A stretch of 64,000 bases of DNA, from the NCBI GenBank assembly GCA_965113315.1, contig OZ220365.1; one strand, written 5' to 3'. This stretch comes from Podarcis vaucheri. Lineage: Eukaryota. A model generated the notes under the pieces. The model saw only the letters and a list, made by a program, of their open reading frames with translations. It was not told the DNA's origin and did not search any database. Shown piece by piece: positions 27,251 through 39,757 of this stretch. The translations under genes and the position numbers were made by a program. Every line of letters starts with the position of its first letter. Position 1 is the stretch's first letter.

Positions 27251-28924
27251 CCAGAAACTTAAAGCAGGTGATATGGGCTGTATGGCTTTGCTCTATTGGA
27301 GAGCACATCTTCTTTTTTCAGCTGACACCTCCGAACTTCACTGATCCTACATAATTAATTTATTAAAACAGTTTGGTAGATATAAGTTTTTAGGAATACA
27401 ATCAATGACTTTGGTAGAGTTATTTTAACAGGATTTTTCTATTTACATATACACACACGACCCTAATTCAGCTAAACTGGAGGGATTTTTCTTCTTAAGA
27501 TATCCAACAGGTGTGCAATTAAATGTAGAAGATTCCCTTTCCATTGACGGTTCAAGAATTAAAACAAGAGTTCTGAAGATGAAGAAGAGGCCTCCATTGG
27601 TGTTACACTTTTTTATCCTCAATTACACTTTCTGAAGATGAGTAATGCACCTAAAAGATGCCAGCTGGGGGGTAACTGATTTATTAGATGGTTGATATCT
27701 TGATAACCAATCTGCATTCCAGTGATGACTTCCATTAAATATTAAAAGGGCCTTCAACATACCTTTTCAAAATAGCCCAGTAATTGCTCAACCAGACACT
27801 ATTTTCATCTCTTATTCTTCCCAGGTGAAGCAAAAGAGCTGTAATTGATATTGAACAACCAGTGTCCTAAAGATGGCTTACATTAGAAGGTTCTGGGTAG
27901 AATATATTGATTCTCTGGCATTCCAAAAATAGATGGGGGTGAAGGTTATCTATAGAAATAAAGTCCTTATTACTCTACCGGTGTGATGGCCAACTTCTAG
28001 AACAAGTCCACTAAACTTTTGTGGGCCAAGCTCCTTGAAGGCTAGAGCTCAGAAAGAGAAAGAGGGACAGAGAAAGGGAAACATCTCAGGCCTGACATCA
28101 CTGTCATATACAAACACCAATGCCATATAAGAGTTCCAGGTATGTTTCAACAAACTCTGGGAATGAATGTAATGAAGGGGAAGCCAAAAGTGACTCAAAT
28201 AAACAAATGTAGGAAAATTCCCATGTATCCCATGGAAACTATTCCATTGGAATAGTTTTTTGTGGTGTAATACCTGTGCATTCACCACATACATGCATTT
28301 TTTTCTGCAACAAAATCCTATCATGTTGCCATGTTTCTGAAGTAACCTTACTCTCCATAGAGTTACACATGGAGGTGTGAAATGGGCTCATTAAAGCCCA
28401 GAAAAAATAAAACTCCTACTTATTGTTGCACGCTTAGTAGACTATTCAGAAAGCTTCAAGCAAAAGCTTTGCAAACTCCCGCAATTGCTAACCAGTTCAG
28501 GCCAGTTACTTAAGTTATTTTGGGGCATGTAAAACTCACCATGAATTTTTAGTTTATTTTCACCACATCAGTGTGTTTGTTGCTGTTGCTGTTATAACTA
28601 TTTAATTGGAATGTGAGCAACTACAGTGAGATATTTTGAGTATCAAGGTAAGCATGGAAAACAGAAGCTCGCTTTGATGTGGTAAGTGGCCTTCAGGTGA
28701 TCTGCTTCACATTCTGAAAACACATGTGATGTTGTTGAAGGAACATGATAGCTAGTCCCATCCTCCATGACTGATACAACCACCTGCTATACCCCCTGTC
28801 TGTTGTGCATTCAGTAGCTGTGTGAAGGGGCCATACACATGTGCTAAGCTCCTTCACACAAAGAGGAATCCTGATTCACTCAGGATTCCCCCATATCTGG
28901 TGCAGAACTCAAGTATACTTCATA

Positions 28925-29058
28925 CAAATACACAGTGTCAACTCGAACACATCTGTCTATGTGCTTGTTGACAATCTCTAAGGATTCTAATAGGTTAATG
29001 AGACAGGACTCACCCTTGCATAAACCATGTTGGTTCTGCTTCAGCAAGTCTTGTTCTT
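28925..29058 (-). mobile_element. Internal CR1 reverse-transcriptase fragment
   Basis: EQDLLKQNQHGLCKGESCLINLLESLEIVNKHIDRCVRVDTVYL resembles CR1 QHGFxKGKSCLTNLLEF...VDVVYL. Confidence 0.85.
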
Positions 29059-29400
29059 GCAAAGCAGCAGCATCCACTCCGAAGTCAGACAGCCACTCCA
29101 GGATGCCATGATTAATTGTATCAAAAGTCACTGGGAGACCAAGGAGAATCAACAGGTGCCTTAGCATACAAGTTCATCATACAGGGTGACCAAGACAGTT
29201 TCAGTGCCAAAACCCGATTAATGGATCTAGAAAATCAATTTCATCTATTTCAGAGTGATTGGACCTGTTTGGGAATCATGCCCTGGAAGGGAACATTTGT
29301 GGCTGGTCTATAATTATTCAGATCCAGAGAATGGTCTTATTAGCACCTTTTTCAGATGGATTGGGACTGCCCCCTCACACAAGGAGATATTAATCAGCTC
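29059..29400 (-). mobile_element. Degraded L2 reverse-transcriptase fragment
   Basis: NYYRPATNVPF, GFGTETVLVTLYDEL and LLILLGLPVTFDTINHGIL match L2 NYRPVSNLPF / GTETALV / LILLDLSAAFDTIDHGIL. Confidence 0.8.
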
Positions 29401-31189
29401 CTTGGCCCAACCTATTCTAGATTTTACTAGCCACAATGGGCAAGACTTAAGCATACAAATGGATGCTTATATTTCTGGCATGTGCATTTACAGGAAATGG
29501 TAACAAATTGCACCCTGGAGGTGTTTATTCTGCTATTTGGGACATTTAAAATTAAATACTGTGTTCATCATAGGCAGAGGGGCAATGGATCAAAATGCTT
29601 AGTAAATGTAGGTTTTGTACTTTTTGATCAAACGAGTTTTGTTCCATTACAGACAGTAAAGACAAATTGATGCACCTTTACATTCATTCTGCACGACAAA
29701 ATATTAATCTGAAGTGGGTGTTCACTTTCCATCATGAAGAAGCGTAAGTACTTAGATCTCATCAGCCAGAGCATTTATTTAATTGTCTTTTTACCAAACA
29801 GATGAATGAAAATGATTATTTTACTTCTTGCTTTTCCTTTAATGTCAATCTTATAGCAGCATTAAAGAAGGGAAGCCCTGTTTAAAGAGGAAACAAATGC
29901 GCCTGTATTGAAATAAAGGCATATTCTCACTGTGGTGACAGACCTGTTTCGGAGCGCTATCACTTGAAGCTATGGATTGCTGGATAGACAAAATCTGCAA
30001 AGAGAAAACTAGAATTTACCAATACAGATAAGCTAAATCCCTTTTCCTCCACATATGTGTAGAAGAGGTACTTTGTATGCCACAGAGGGTTCAGTGACAT
30101 AATATGCATTCTAGGCACAGTGGTGCAGTCTAGGGACAAATGTAACTGAGTGGGGGAAACTATGCCAAAACTAAGCAGGTATGCTATTTCAAGTGTGTCA
30201 AACGCTGCTTCTTGCTAAGAGCATGGTAGGGAACCTTCCCCCATGCCCATCAAGGACTGCATTATCATGAGATAATTGTCAGGGTCTGCATGCCAGTGGA
30301 GGATGGGTCCTCATGCAGATGGTGGGCAGGAACTGAGTCCAAAGTCATCCCCTTTGCCCTCCGTCCCTCCCTCTCTCTGCCACTCCCTTTCCCACTTCTT
30401 CTTCCCATCAGCATAAAGTGAGGCTAAAGCCCACATGACTGCAGATATTATTGAACCCCCAACTCCCACCGTCCCTGACCATTGGCCATACTGGCTGGCC
30501 CTTACATAGAGGGCCACAGATTTCTCAGCCCTGCACTCCTGCACTACAGCATTAATGGTCAAAGGCAAGATCAGCTTTATTTAGAAAGGTATTTTATTAT
30601 GTGTGTATTATCATGTGTAATCATAAAAACCATTGTAGCTTTTCTTCCCCAATGGTGTCAGGTTTTTGCAAAACGTATAGAACATGAATGTCATAGTCTG
30701 TGTCGTTAGTCCAAAATCTATTGCAATTAGATTCAGAAATGAAAACAAATGCCAGACAGCTACATTTCCTTTCTTCTGCTGTGCTAAATTGCTTGTGAAG
30801 ATCTATTTCTTCCATTTTAGCCATGGCAAAAGCGTACAGCATAAGGCCACATATGCTGCTTATTAAATGACACTGTCAAACTGGCAACCAAGCAGTGCAC
30901 AGTTCCATGCTAAACGTGTTAATTGAGTGTTTCTGCACTAGCCTTTGTGTAGCAGCCCATCAAACTGGCTTTGACACTATTCATCACTCATTTACTGCAG
31001 GGAATCCAGACAACATTTCTTCCAAACCATTACCATTTCCATAGATCATCTCAAGTTTTCAAAGAGACTGGCTGGTAACGATTTGGGAGGGTTTTTTCAT
31101 TGCAAATGTGCCACAATCCATTCATGCACCAACTAGTACAGTGCTGCTATCTAACATAGGTAAGAGGCTTTGATATTGAAACATCCCTA

Positions 31190-31360
31190 AATACACAAGA
31201 AGAGCTCTGCTGGATCAGACCAAAGACCTATGGCTATGGAAAGCTCACAAGCAGCATACAAGAGCAATAGCCCTCTCTTTCTGTTTTTCCTCAGCAACTG
31301 GTATTCAGAGGCATGCTGTCTCTGATTCTGGAGATGATCTATAAACATCACAACTAGGGC
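31190..31360 (-). mobile_element. CR1 3' UTR fragment
   Basis: aagaagagctctgctggatcagacc...cagcaactggtattcagaggcat. Confidence 0.6.
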
Positions 31361-31404
31361 TGTGCAAATGAAGACAGGAGTACCTGGCGTGCAAATACCA
31401 AACA

Positions 31405-31546
31405 TGTAAAGCACAACCCCAAGAATCCTCAGAAATGTAGTTTGTTAATAGTGCTGGGAATTATAGCTCCATGAGAGGTGAAGTACAGTTCCCAGGATTC
31501 TTGGGGAGAGGAGAATATGCTTTCAATATATGCCATGTACCCAGCC
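31405..31546. mobile_element. Palindromic MITE family A
   Basis: aagaatcc...gtagtttgttaatagtgctgggaa...cagttcccaggattctt. Confidence 0.6.
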
Positions 31547-32534
31547 TAGCAGACAATATGGCTTGGAGGCTTGGTTCATAATGATCTTGCTGACAGGTGT
31601 AAGTAACCCAGCCTCTTCTCCATTATTGTCAATCTAGTTGTCCTGCAGGACCACAACCTTCATTACAGAGTGTTAACTCTTCAGAATAGCTCCCTGCTGA
31701 TTAATGGAAGTTATTCACATTAATTTGAGGGGCCTGAGGCAAGAAATCCTCTAACAGCCCAATTTGGATGTGGCTACAGTTCAGCTCCTCACACCAGGCT
31801 GAGAACTTGACCCTGACAAAGAAGCGACTCTTGACACGGCTGTGCCATTCCTCCTCTATACCATCTTTTCTTTCAAGATCGTTATTTACCTATGTAGACT
31901 ATTGTTTATTCCCCCTGTATAGAGGAGGAGAAATGAGGCATGATTGCAGCTTTTGTGCACAGTAAGAGTTACCTTCTCATTTATTACACTCTTATTTTGA
32001 TAGATTTTTGCACACATGCTTGGACAATTTTTAGAAGTGTCATCAATCTAAGACTGCAGTGCAGTTGCTCTCTCACCCCCTGTTCAGCCTATAACTGAAG
32101 AGCTGCTCATAATAAATGAGCGATACGGCTGAGTGTCACCAACCTGCTGTAACATTTAATAGATATTCATAACATGTATTAATCATATGCCGTTCTGAAG
32201 GGCTGCGGTCCTGCAAGGTACCAGGCACCTTCAGCTCCCACTCGTGTCAGTGGGACTTGAGATTTGAAAGACGAGGGCCTCCTGCCCTCCAGAAGCTGCT
32301 CTTCCCACTTCCTTCTGCCTCCCATGTGTCATGATATAACCCCAGACAGAAGGAAGGGAGCACACTCTGAGAAATAGCTACTAATGGATTCAAAAAGGAA
32401 GGTTTTTGTCTATGGTTCTTCAGCAGTTGGTTTCTTGTGCCTGCATAGGTAAGCTGCCAAGGGAAACTCCATATTGTATTCATTTCAGCTCCCTAAGGCT
32501 AAACCCTGGGAGAAAACCTTGATGGATGCACTAA

Positions 32535-32700
32535 GTTGCAGTTCAGTGGCAGGGTGTGTGCTATGCATACAGAAGGCCCCAGATTCTATCCCCAGTATCT
32601 CCTGCTGGAAATATTGAAAAGCCACTACTAGTCAGTGTAGACAATCCTGAGCTAGATAAGACCTATGGTCTGACTTGGTATAAGACAGCTTCCTATCTAT
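32535..32700 (+). mobile_element. tRNA-derived SINE (same family as 1304-1461)
   Basis: gtcagtgtagacaatcctgagctagat...ggtctgacttggtataagacagcttcct. Confidence 0.7.
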
Positions 32701-33865
32701 GTACCTGCTTTGAGCCCATTTTAACTCTAGCTCTGTTCATGCATTTATGCAGGACACTCACACATAGTAGCAATGGCCCCGTCCTCAAAATTATGTCCTA
32801 TTGCCATGCTTCCCATGGCCTTCCCATGTTGAACACAGGAGTCTGAAAAGAGATAGCTTTGCATCAGTAGCTGTCCACACAAAGTCCTCCACAGTAAATG
32901 TTATTGGTGGAACCAGAGGCATCACCCCACTTCTGCTGCTTCGTGTGAGTAAATGTGTGAATAGGGCTTTTGTGTACTTTATATCACCTGTGTACCATTA
33001 AAAAAATATTGTGGATGCAGATTAAGATAAGCTCAGAACTACCACCACCCTCAAAAAAACCCAAAAACCATTCTTATGTTTTTTGACAATTCAAAGCCAC
33101 TCTTACTTTCTACCACATTATGTCCCACCCTTTGTTTCTGGTACATTTATGAAATTTATTGTTTCTATATGGGGAACCATACTGCACATGTACTGTACAA
33201 CTTCCAGTATGGTAATAGCAACAGAGATTGTCTGAGGCTGCACTGAGACACCAAGAGGAAACAAGAATTGCAGGACTAGTCAGAACGGGGCAGAGCTGCC
33301 TAGTTTATATCCAAATACCTACACATAAATACTGGAAACCTGAATACATACCCAGGCAAACCTTATTACAACATAAGTAGTTTTATAGGCTCAATAATTA
33401 AACATCCTAAAGTTTCCTTATCCAATAATGTAAAATATTGCCTTGCAATTAAAATGAATGAGATAGATAGAGTTGCAAAGCATTCCTTACAACAGATCAT
33501 AGTTCCCTTTTCGCTATTAGGGTAACTGTTTTCTAAGGTGATTAATATTGTATCCACTATAAAACAAAGCAGAGGGAGAACAACTGTGAAAGCTCAACCC
33601 TAATTTGGACTTGAAAACAAGAAGAGTCAGTTTTAAATATGTGCCCAAGATTTCCAGGGTTATCCACAACTAGATTCCACAATACACTTAATTTACTTAT
33701 TTATGGTGAAGTCTTTTCCTCTAGCCTTTGGTCCTGTTTGAGACCACCTTCCCCATGGAGAACTCTCCCAACCTTAGAAAGCAGGATTGAACTCTGCACA
33801 TCAACTGATGCATGTAGAGTTCAATCCCCCCAACCCATGGGCCAACTTTGTCCAGTGGATGGGAC

Positions 33866-33867
<2 letters not shown>

Positions 33868-33898
<31 letters not shown>
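33868..33898. repeat. (CA)n microsatellite
   Basis: Directly visible. Confidence 0.95.
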
Positions 33899-33901
<3 letters not shown>

Positions 33902-33914
33902 TCAATCACCTGAC

Positions 33915-34000
33915 ATCATGGAAGGGCCCATGAGGGCCATCTAGTCCAAACCCTTGAAATGCAGGAATCTTTTGCCCAACATGCTCTACCAACTCAGCTA
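33915..34000 (-). mobile_element. Short tRNA(Lys-like) SINE with CR1 tail; most of the tRNA part deleted
   Basis: Reverse complement reads tagctgagttggtagagcatg-ttgggcaaaagattcctgc...ggactagatggccc...cccttcca. Confidence 0.6.
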
Positions 34001-37000
34001 AATAGTTAATTACCATTATGATGTCAGATGATGGTCAGGTGGGTGGCCCTGCCCACCTGTCAAAGCTGACCCATGGAGTGAGGGCAGATAAGAACCTGGC
34101 CTGCTGCATAGTCTTTGATCCACATTTGCATGCTTATTGTGCACCACTTACATTCAAGTTAATGCAAGAGTGTATGGTGCTTTGGATCTGAACTTTTGCC
34201 ATGAATCACCATATTTGCTAAGTGGCCTGTAAGTTCCTTTTAGTTAAAGCTCATTGAGAAGCAAAATACTCAATGCACCTTAAATGAAATAAGAACAATA
34301 ACAACTGTGCAATTGTATTTTTATTTTAGGGAGAAATCTATTATAACAACAAGATCAAACCTAAGTCAGGTTTAAAAACATTTCTATTGATTTAGTGGCT
34401 TTATCTGTTTTCGGAAAGACATTCAATATAAATTTCCAATTTATACTGATAGTTATACTTAGCCCAGGATAAAAAGTCATATCTGATTCTACCATGATCT
34501 CACCATCATCTAAATCCTAACTTTTAAGCAACCAGAAGAAAGCCATGCTCTTTCAATTCTGTTTTAATATATGTGAATATCTTCTTCCACATAATCAGAG
34601 ACACCTAGACTTTTCTTTTCTTTTTACCTTTGGGCCTGCTTTACAATTCCATTATGCAAATTGTCAGTAGGACTCATTGTGAAAAAGAACATAATAATAG
34701 GAAATGAGCTATCCAAGCTCCACATAGCAAAAAGAAAATGATATATTAACTAGCAAAGTGGGGGAGAGCTATATTGGGTTAATGGTGGTGCTTGATGCTC
34801 AGATTGTATGATCTTCCAAAGACAGAAAAATATTTCTAATTGGAAGACATTTTTAATTGAATTCCTACATGCTTGTAAGTGTCTACCATCTTCAGACAGT
34901 TGATAGGACTAGCTCCATTCTTTAAAAAAAAAAAAAAGTGAAATGAGGGGAACCTGAGATTGCATGCAAAGAATATCCAAAACTATTCCTTTGGGAAGAT
35001 GTGTCTACTCTAGATGAAGAGACAGCATATGCACGAATATTTCCCGGGGGAAATATGTAAGCTGAGCTTTGGATATCCTGAAAGGATAGGGAGAGGATAA
35101 AGGCTTTGTTTTCAGACATTTGAGGTGAATGCGTTCAGGCTAAAAATTGAAGGGGGCAGGACAGTGTTCACAGTCCTCATCCAAATTTCCCCATGCACAC
35201 CATTGCCAATTCAGACCTTCATCTATTAAGAGAGAAGTTCTGAAAGGGGGTTCTAAGGACATCTAGGTGAACATACTTAGAATCTCCCCTTAGAACTTCC
35301 TTTCCAACACAGTAAGGTCTGAAGTGGAACTGGTGGACTTGTGGCTTATGTGCTCTCACCACTTTAAGTTCAGTTGCATTCAGGCAAATGCCCATACAGG
35401 TGAAATGTCTAAAACTAATCCATGATTAGTAGTACCCTACAAAAGTAAGGTCAAATAATCTTGGTTGGTAAATTTGTGCAACATAAATGGAAAGGCTATT
35501 TTATGGTGCTCTAGGGCTGTTAAATAGCATCTGGGAAGTTTTTATTTCCCTTTGGAAATTAGAGATTTTCTATTGTCTGCTATGGCATCAGAACTAGGGA
35601 TGAAGGCCAACAGAATTTATTCAGAAAAATATACTGTGATAAACCCAGTGGTTTAACTGTAATAGAAGCTTAATCCACCCTATAATATTAGTTTAACTGA
35701 TGTTAAAATAAACTTAATCTATTATTGTTGAAAACGAATAAAGTTACTTAGTTCAGTGGGAGTTACACCAAAGTCAGGGTGCATAGGTTTCTGCAGCGGC
35801 AAAAGAAAAAGGTAACAGTTGGCATAAGGTATGAATTGGGGTGCTGAGAGTCCTCTTCCATTAATGTTCCCATTCCAGGAATGTCAGAATGGGGAATTAG
35901 CCCTTGTAACCTTATGGTGGTATTTAAAAGAGTTCTCCAAGAGAATGAAACCTGACTCCATGTGTCACGTGCCAAAAGGTGGTTTCTTCAAAGAAACTGG
36001 AGCAGAGACCCATTCTACTATGGACAATAGAGTTGTCCCTTTCTACTCCTCATGTCAGAAAATATCAAAGGCCAAATGCGACACCAAAAAACATAATAAT
36101 TGCCTCGCTCAGTGATGAGACTGTACTTTGTGAAATTTTCCACTCACTTATGCCCACATGATATATGATCAAATGCAGTATGCAAGCTGCTCTGTTGGGC
36201 TCTTTTGGCTGAATGTAATCACTGTGAAGCCGTCTACTATGTTAGGCCTCAGGCAGACTGAGAGGGACAAATGGGCTCCATTTTTTCTGTTTTCCTGTCA
36301 CATCTCATCCTCTCTCTCTCTCCTTTTCCTTCATCACCCTTTCCCTGAGCAATGACATTTGAGCTGGGATAAAAACAAGAGAAGCTGGTTTTGTTCCTAC
36401 TGCAGAATGGGAAGAAAAGAAAGCCTTATGTGGTGTTCTGAGATTAATACCTTGCCTGTTTTCAGCTGTCAGATTTGTTTCTTCTGTGTGGTGAAATCAT
36501 ATCATTCTATCACAATTCTTATTATGAGTGACTATTTAAAGCCTTGAACAGCCTGATGGAGGGGGATTCCTACCCCCACCAGTCAAGGCATGATATCAAG
36601 AACTGAGTAACTAGCTGTAGTTTCATCTGGATATTTATACTGGGCATCCTATCAAATTCCACTCACCCTTCATTGACCCCTTTATCTTGTGCTAACTCCT
36701 CACGAATCCCAGTAACCTACTGTATTATCCTTGCAGAGAATTTTACGCTCAATTATAACTATCACAACATCTAAGATGGCCTGTTTAACAGAGCCATGTT
36801 AAGCAATCAGAAGAATTAAATGGCATTTGAGGCTGGCTTTCTCGGTAATAACTGTTCAAAAGAAAAGCTTCCATATTTAAAGTATTAGCAGCTGTCTGTA
36901 TTATCGCTATATTGGGATGGGAGGAAAGCAGGAAATAAGGAAAAGATTGCACGCTTTATTTAACAAATTCACCAAGAGATTGAAAAACCATTGAATGAAC

Positions 37001-37653
37001 CAAGCTACAGCTCAATGAAGCAATGTATTTGAGCCCATGGGTGTATTGGCTGTACATGGTGTCTTACTGTGAGCATATTAAGTGCCACAGACAAAAAGAT
37101 ATGAAAAAGTAGGTCTGCAGTTGTAATCACAGTTTTCTGAAAAAGAAATCCCATCCTGCAGAGAATGGATTAATAAAATATAGAGGTTTATGGTCATGTC
37201 CAAAATTACCTGTCAAATCTAGAAATGCAATCACCCAAATGGCTCTGATTGTTCCCTCAATATGTGGCTTCTGTTCTTCTCTTGTGTAGAAATTCCTAAA
37301 GGGAAAAAGATACCCCAGAGTTGTTCAAATGCCTATCTTTAAACTGACTGCAGTGAGCTAAATCAGAGGGGGTTTTAAAGGTATTTTTGTGTTCTAATTC
37401 TAAATCTAGCTTCCTCTTTTTTAAAGTAACAAATGCAATAAACAAAAATAGCCATTAGGAAAGCAAATTGTTTGTTATTTCAAGGTGTGCTCAAAGTAGG
37501 TAGGAAGCTGAGAGCTTACCAGATGAAGAAAGAGGAACATATGATTGCATTTTCTGTCTTCTTTGTCCCACAATCCTTTTTGTATTTCTATGGCTGGATT
37601 ATAATGGTGTACTTGGAGCAACTGCACAATGATCCATGTCTATATTCTTAGCT

Positions 37654-37706
37654 GGAAGGAAGGAAGGAAGGAAGGAAGGAAGGAAGGAAGGAAGGAAGGG
37701 AAGGAA
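37654..37706. repeat. (GGAA)n microsatellite
   Basis: Directly visible. Confidence 0.95.
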
Positions 37707-38403
37707 GTCCCCTCTTGGAAGGAAAATTATGAAGCAAAATGTACATACAATGTACAGTTGTACAGTTTGCACAATTAAAGTGGATTAAAGCATTCTGTCA
37801 CCCAGGCACAACAAATCCATTTTTTGCAGTTAGGAAAGTGATGAGAAAATGCACTGGAAAGTTTGAGGTGAATTAATGATTGACAGGAAGCACTGTTATT
37901 ATTTTATCACCTACCCTCCCTTCACCCTAAGGTGCTATGTATGGATGTCATGCAAGTGTATAAGAATGACACTCATTAATTTAACTACAAACAAATTGGA
38001 ATGAATCCTTAAAAAGAACAAGCATATCTAACCTCAACATAAGCTTTGAAAGTAAATCAGGATAAATGCTTGACGAAAGCTCTTGGTGGAATTCAGAGGT
38101 TCTTACCTTTGAGTAGACATTTGTAGGGTTGGCCTGCACAACTATAGCCTAGGTAAATATAACCTCCTCCCCCCCCCCAGCTTTTTCTGCTTTAGAAGAC
38201 TTCTGGAATAAAAGTCTTATTTCTAATCAGAAGTAAACTAGCTTGGCTTATGCCTGTTTTGTTGTTATTGTCAGCACTTCTTGCATTAATAGGTTCTGTA
38301 TGATAGCTAGAAAACTTATACCACTTACTTTTTAAGTGAAAACAATTTTTAAAGGATTTCATATGCTAAAGAAGATACAGGTTGTTTTTTATTTATATAC
38401 CGG

Positions 38404-38447
<44 letters not shown>

Positions 38448-38453
38448 ATATAT
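38404..38453. repeat. (TA)n(TG)n(TA)n compound microsatellite
   Basis: Directly visible. Confidence 0.95.
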
Positions 38454-38484
38454 AAACACATTTGGTTTTCAGCATAATAATATC

Positions 38485-38670
38485 TGACATTTATATAGCA
38501 TTTTAGAGTGTTCAAAGTCCTTCACATGAATTATTGCCACAATCTTTGCAAAAGCTGCATCAGGTCAGTATCATTATCCAGAATGGGGAAGGCAGTGGGG
38601 AGTGAGGCTGAGAGTATCTCACCTAAGGCCATCTGTTAAGTTCATGGCAGAGAAAAACTGTGAACCTGTG
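38485..38670 (-). mobile_element. Old MIR/Ther1-type SINE
   Basis: catttatatagcatttt...gaggctgagag...cctaaggcc...catggcagag...gaacctg, reversed MIR layout. Confidence 0.55.
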
Positions 38671-39624
38671 ACCAGTAGCTCTTTAATGCTAAAGAGCTTC
38701 TTACAGCTAGAGGTCAGGTGCACTGAGAACCTCTACACATTTAAGCAGGCAAAATGCTAAATAAGAGACATAAAAATACAATACAGAAGATTGCTGTGCT
38801 GAATTCAGGATTTGAATTTTAGTGCAAAAAGGGACTTTTTGATGAAGTTAAAAGTTTCCTGAGCGCTACAGACACACTCACAATTTTTGAGCCAATTTGC
38901 TGCTAGTCACAGATTTGCATAGCTATTGCTTCAGTCCCATTTGTAGTGACCTTTTTTGTTCTGGAAACAGTGAGGCCATGGTGTAGTTAATCACATTTGG
39001 TTAAGTGATGATGTCACTGCAGTCAATTGAAGCTATTTGGAATGGGGGCATTGCCCCCTTAGCTTTATTTATCATCTGTGATGTCATCATCTTGCCAAAT
39101 CTAATTGACTAACAGCAACCCCACTGCATATAAATATATGTATTTATTTACTCATTGCTTTTTAAAAGCCATTTTTACTGGGATAATTATTTTCTCTGCC
39201 AATTTTTACAGTACACAAAGCAACTTTGTAACATTTGTAAGCACTCATGTGACAGTGGCATTATGAGACCAACATGCCATGTTCGATTTCTGGTGATGGT
39301 ATATTTCCAGATTTGATTAGTACTATCCTATCCCTTGGGCAGTAAGAAATATTGATGCAGACGCTGACTTGATCTCCACATTAATTCACAGACGGAAATG
39401 TAAAGCAATTTTTTTGTTTCAACAGTTTGTCAGGAAAGCCAATGGCAGCTGTCAACCATGACAAGAAAAGAGAGGAAATGGAAAATAGGGGATCCTACCC
39501 CTACTATCAGGAAAGAAGGCTGTGAAATTACAACAATTTACTCTGGTGTGTTTCAGTTTTTCAGTAACTAATATATAATTGTATACAATATAATAATCTT
39601 GGTTAAAGAAATTAAATCACAAGG

Positions 39625-39757
39625 AAGGAGGGGTTTTGCTGCACTGGTCCTGCATGCAGGCTTCCGATGAGTATCTGCTTGACCACTGTGGTTACAAGAT
39701 ACTAAGCTGTATGCTCCTTTGTCCTGATCCAGCAGGTCTTTTGTTATGCTCTTACTA
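39625..39757 (+). mobile_element. CR1 3' UTR fragment
   Basis: gaccactgtgg...cctttgtcctgatccagcaggtcttttgttatgctctta. Confidence 0.55.
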
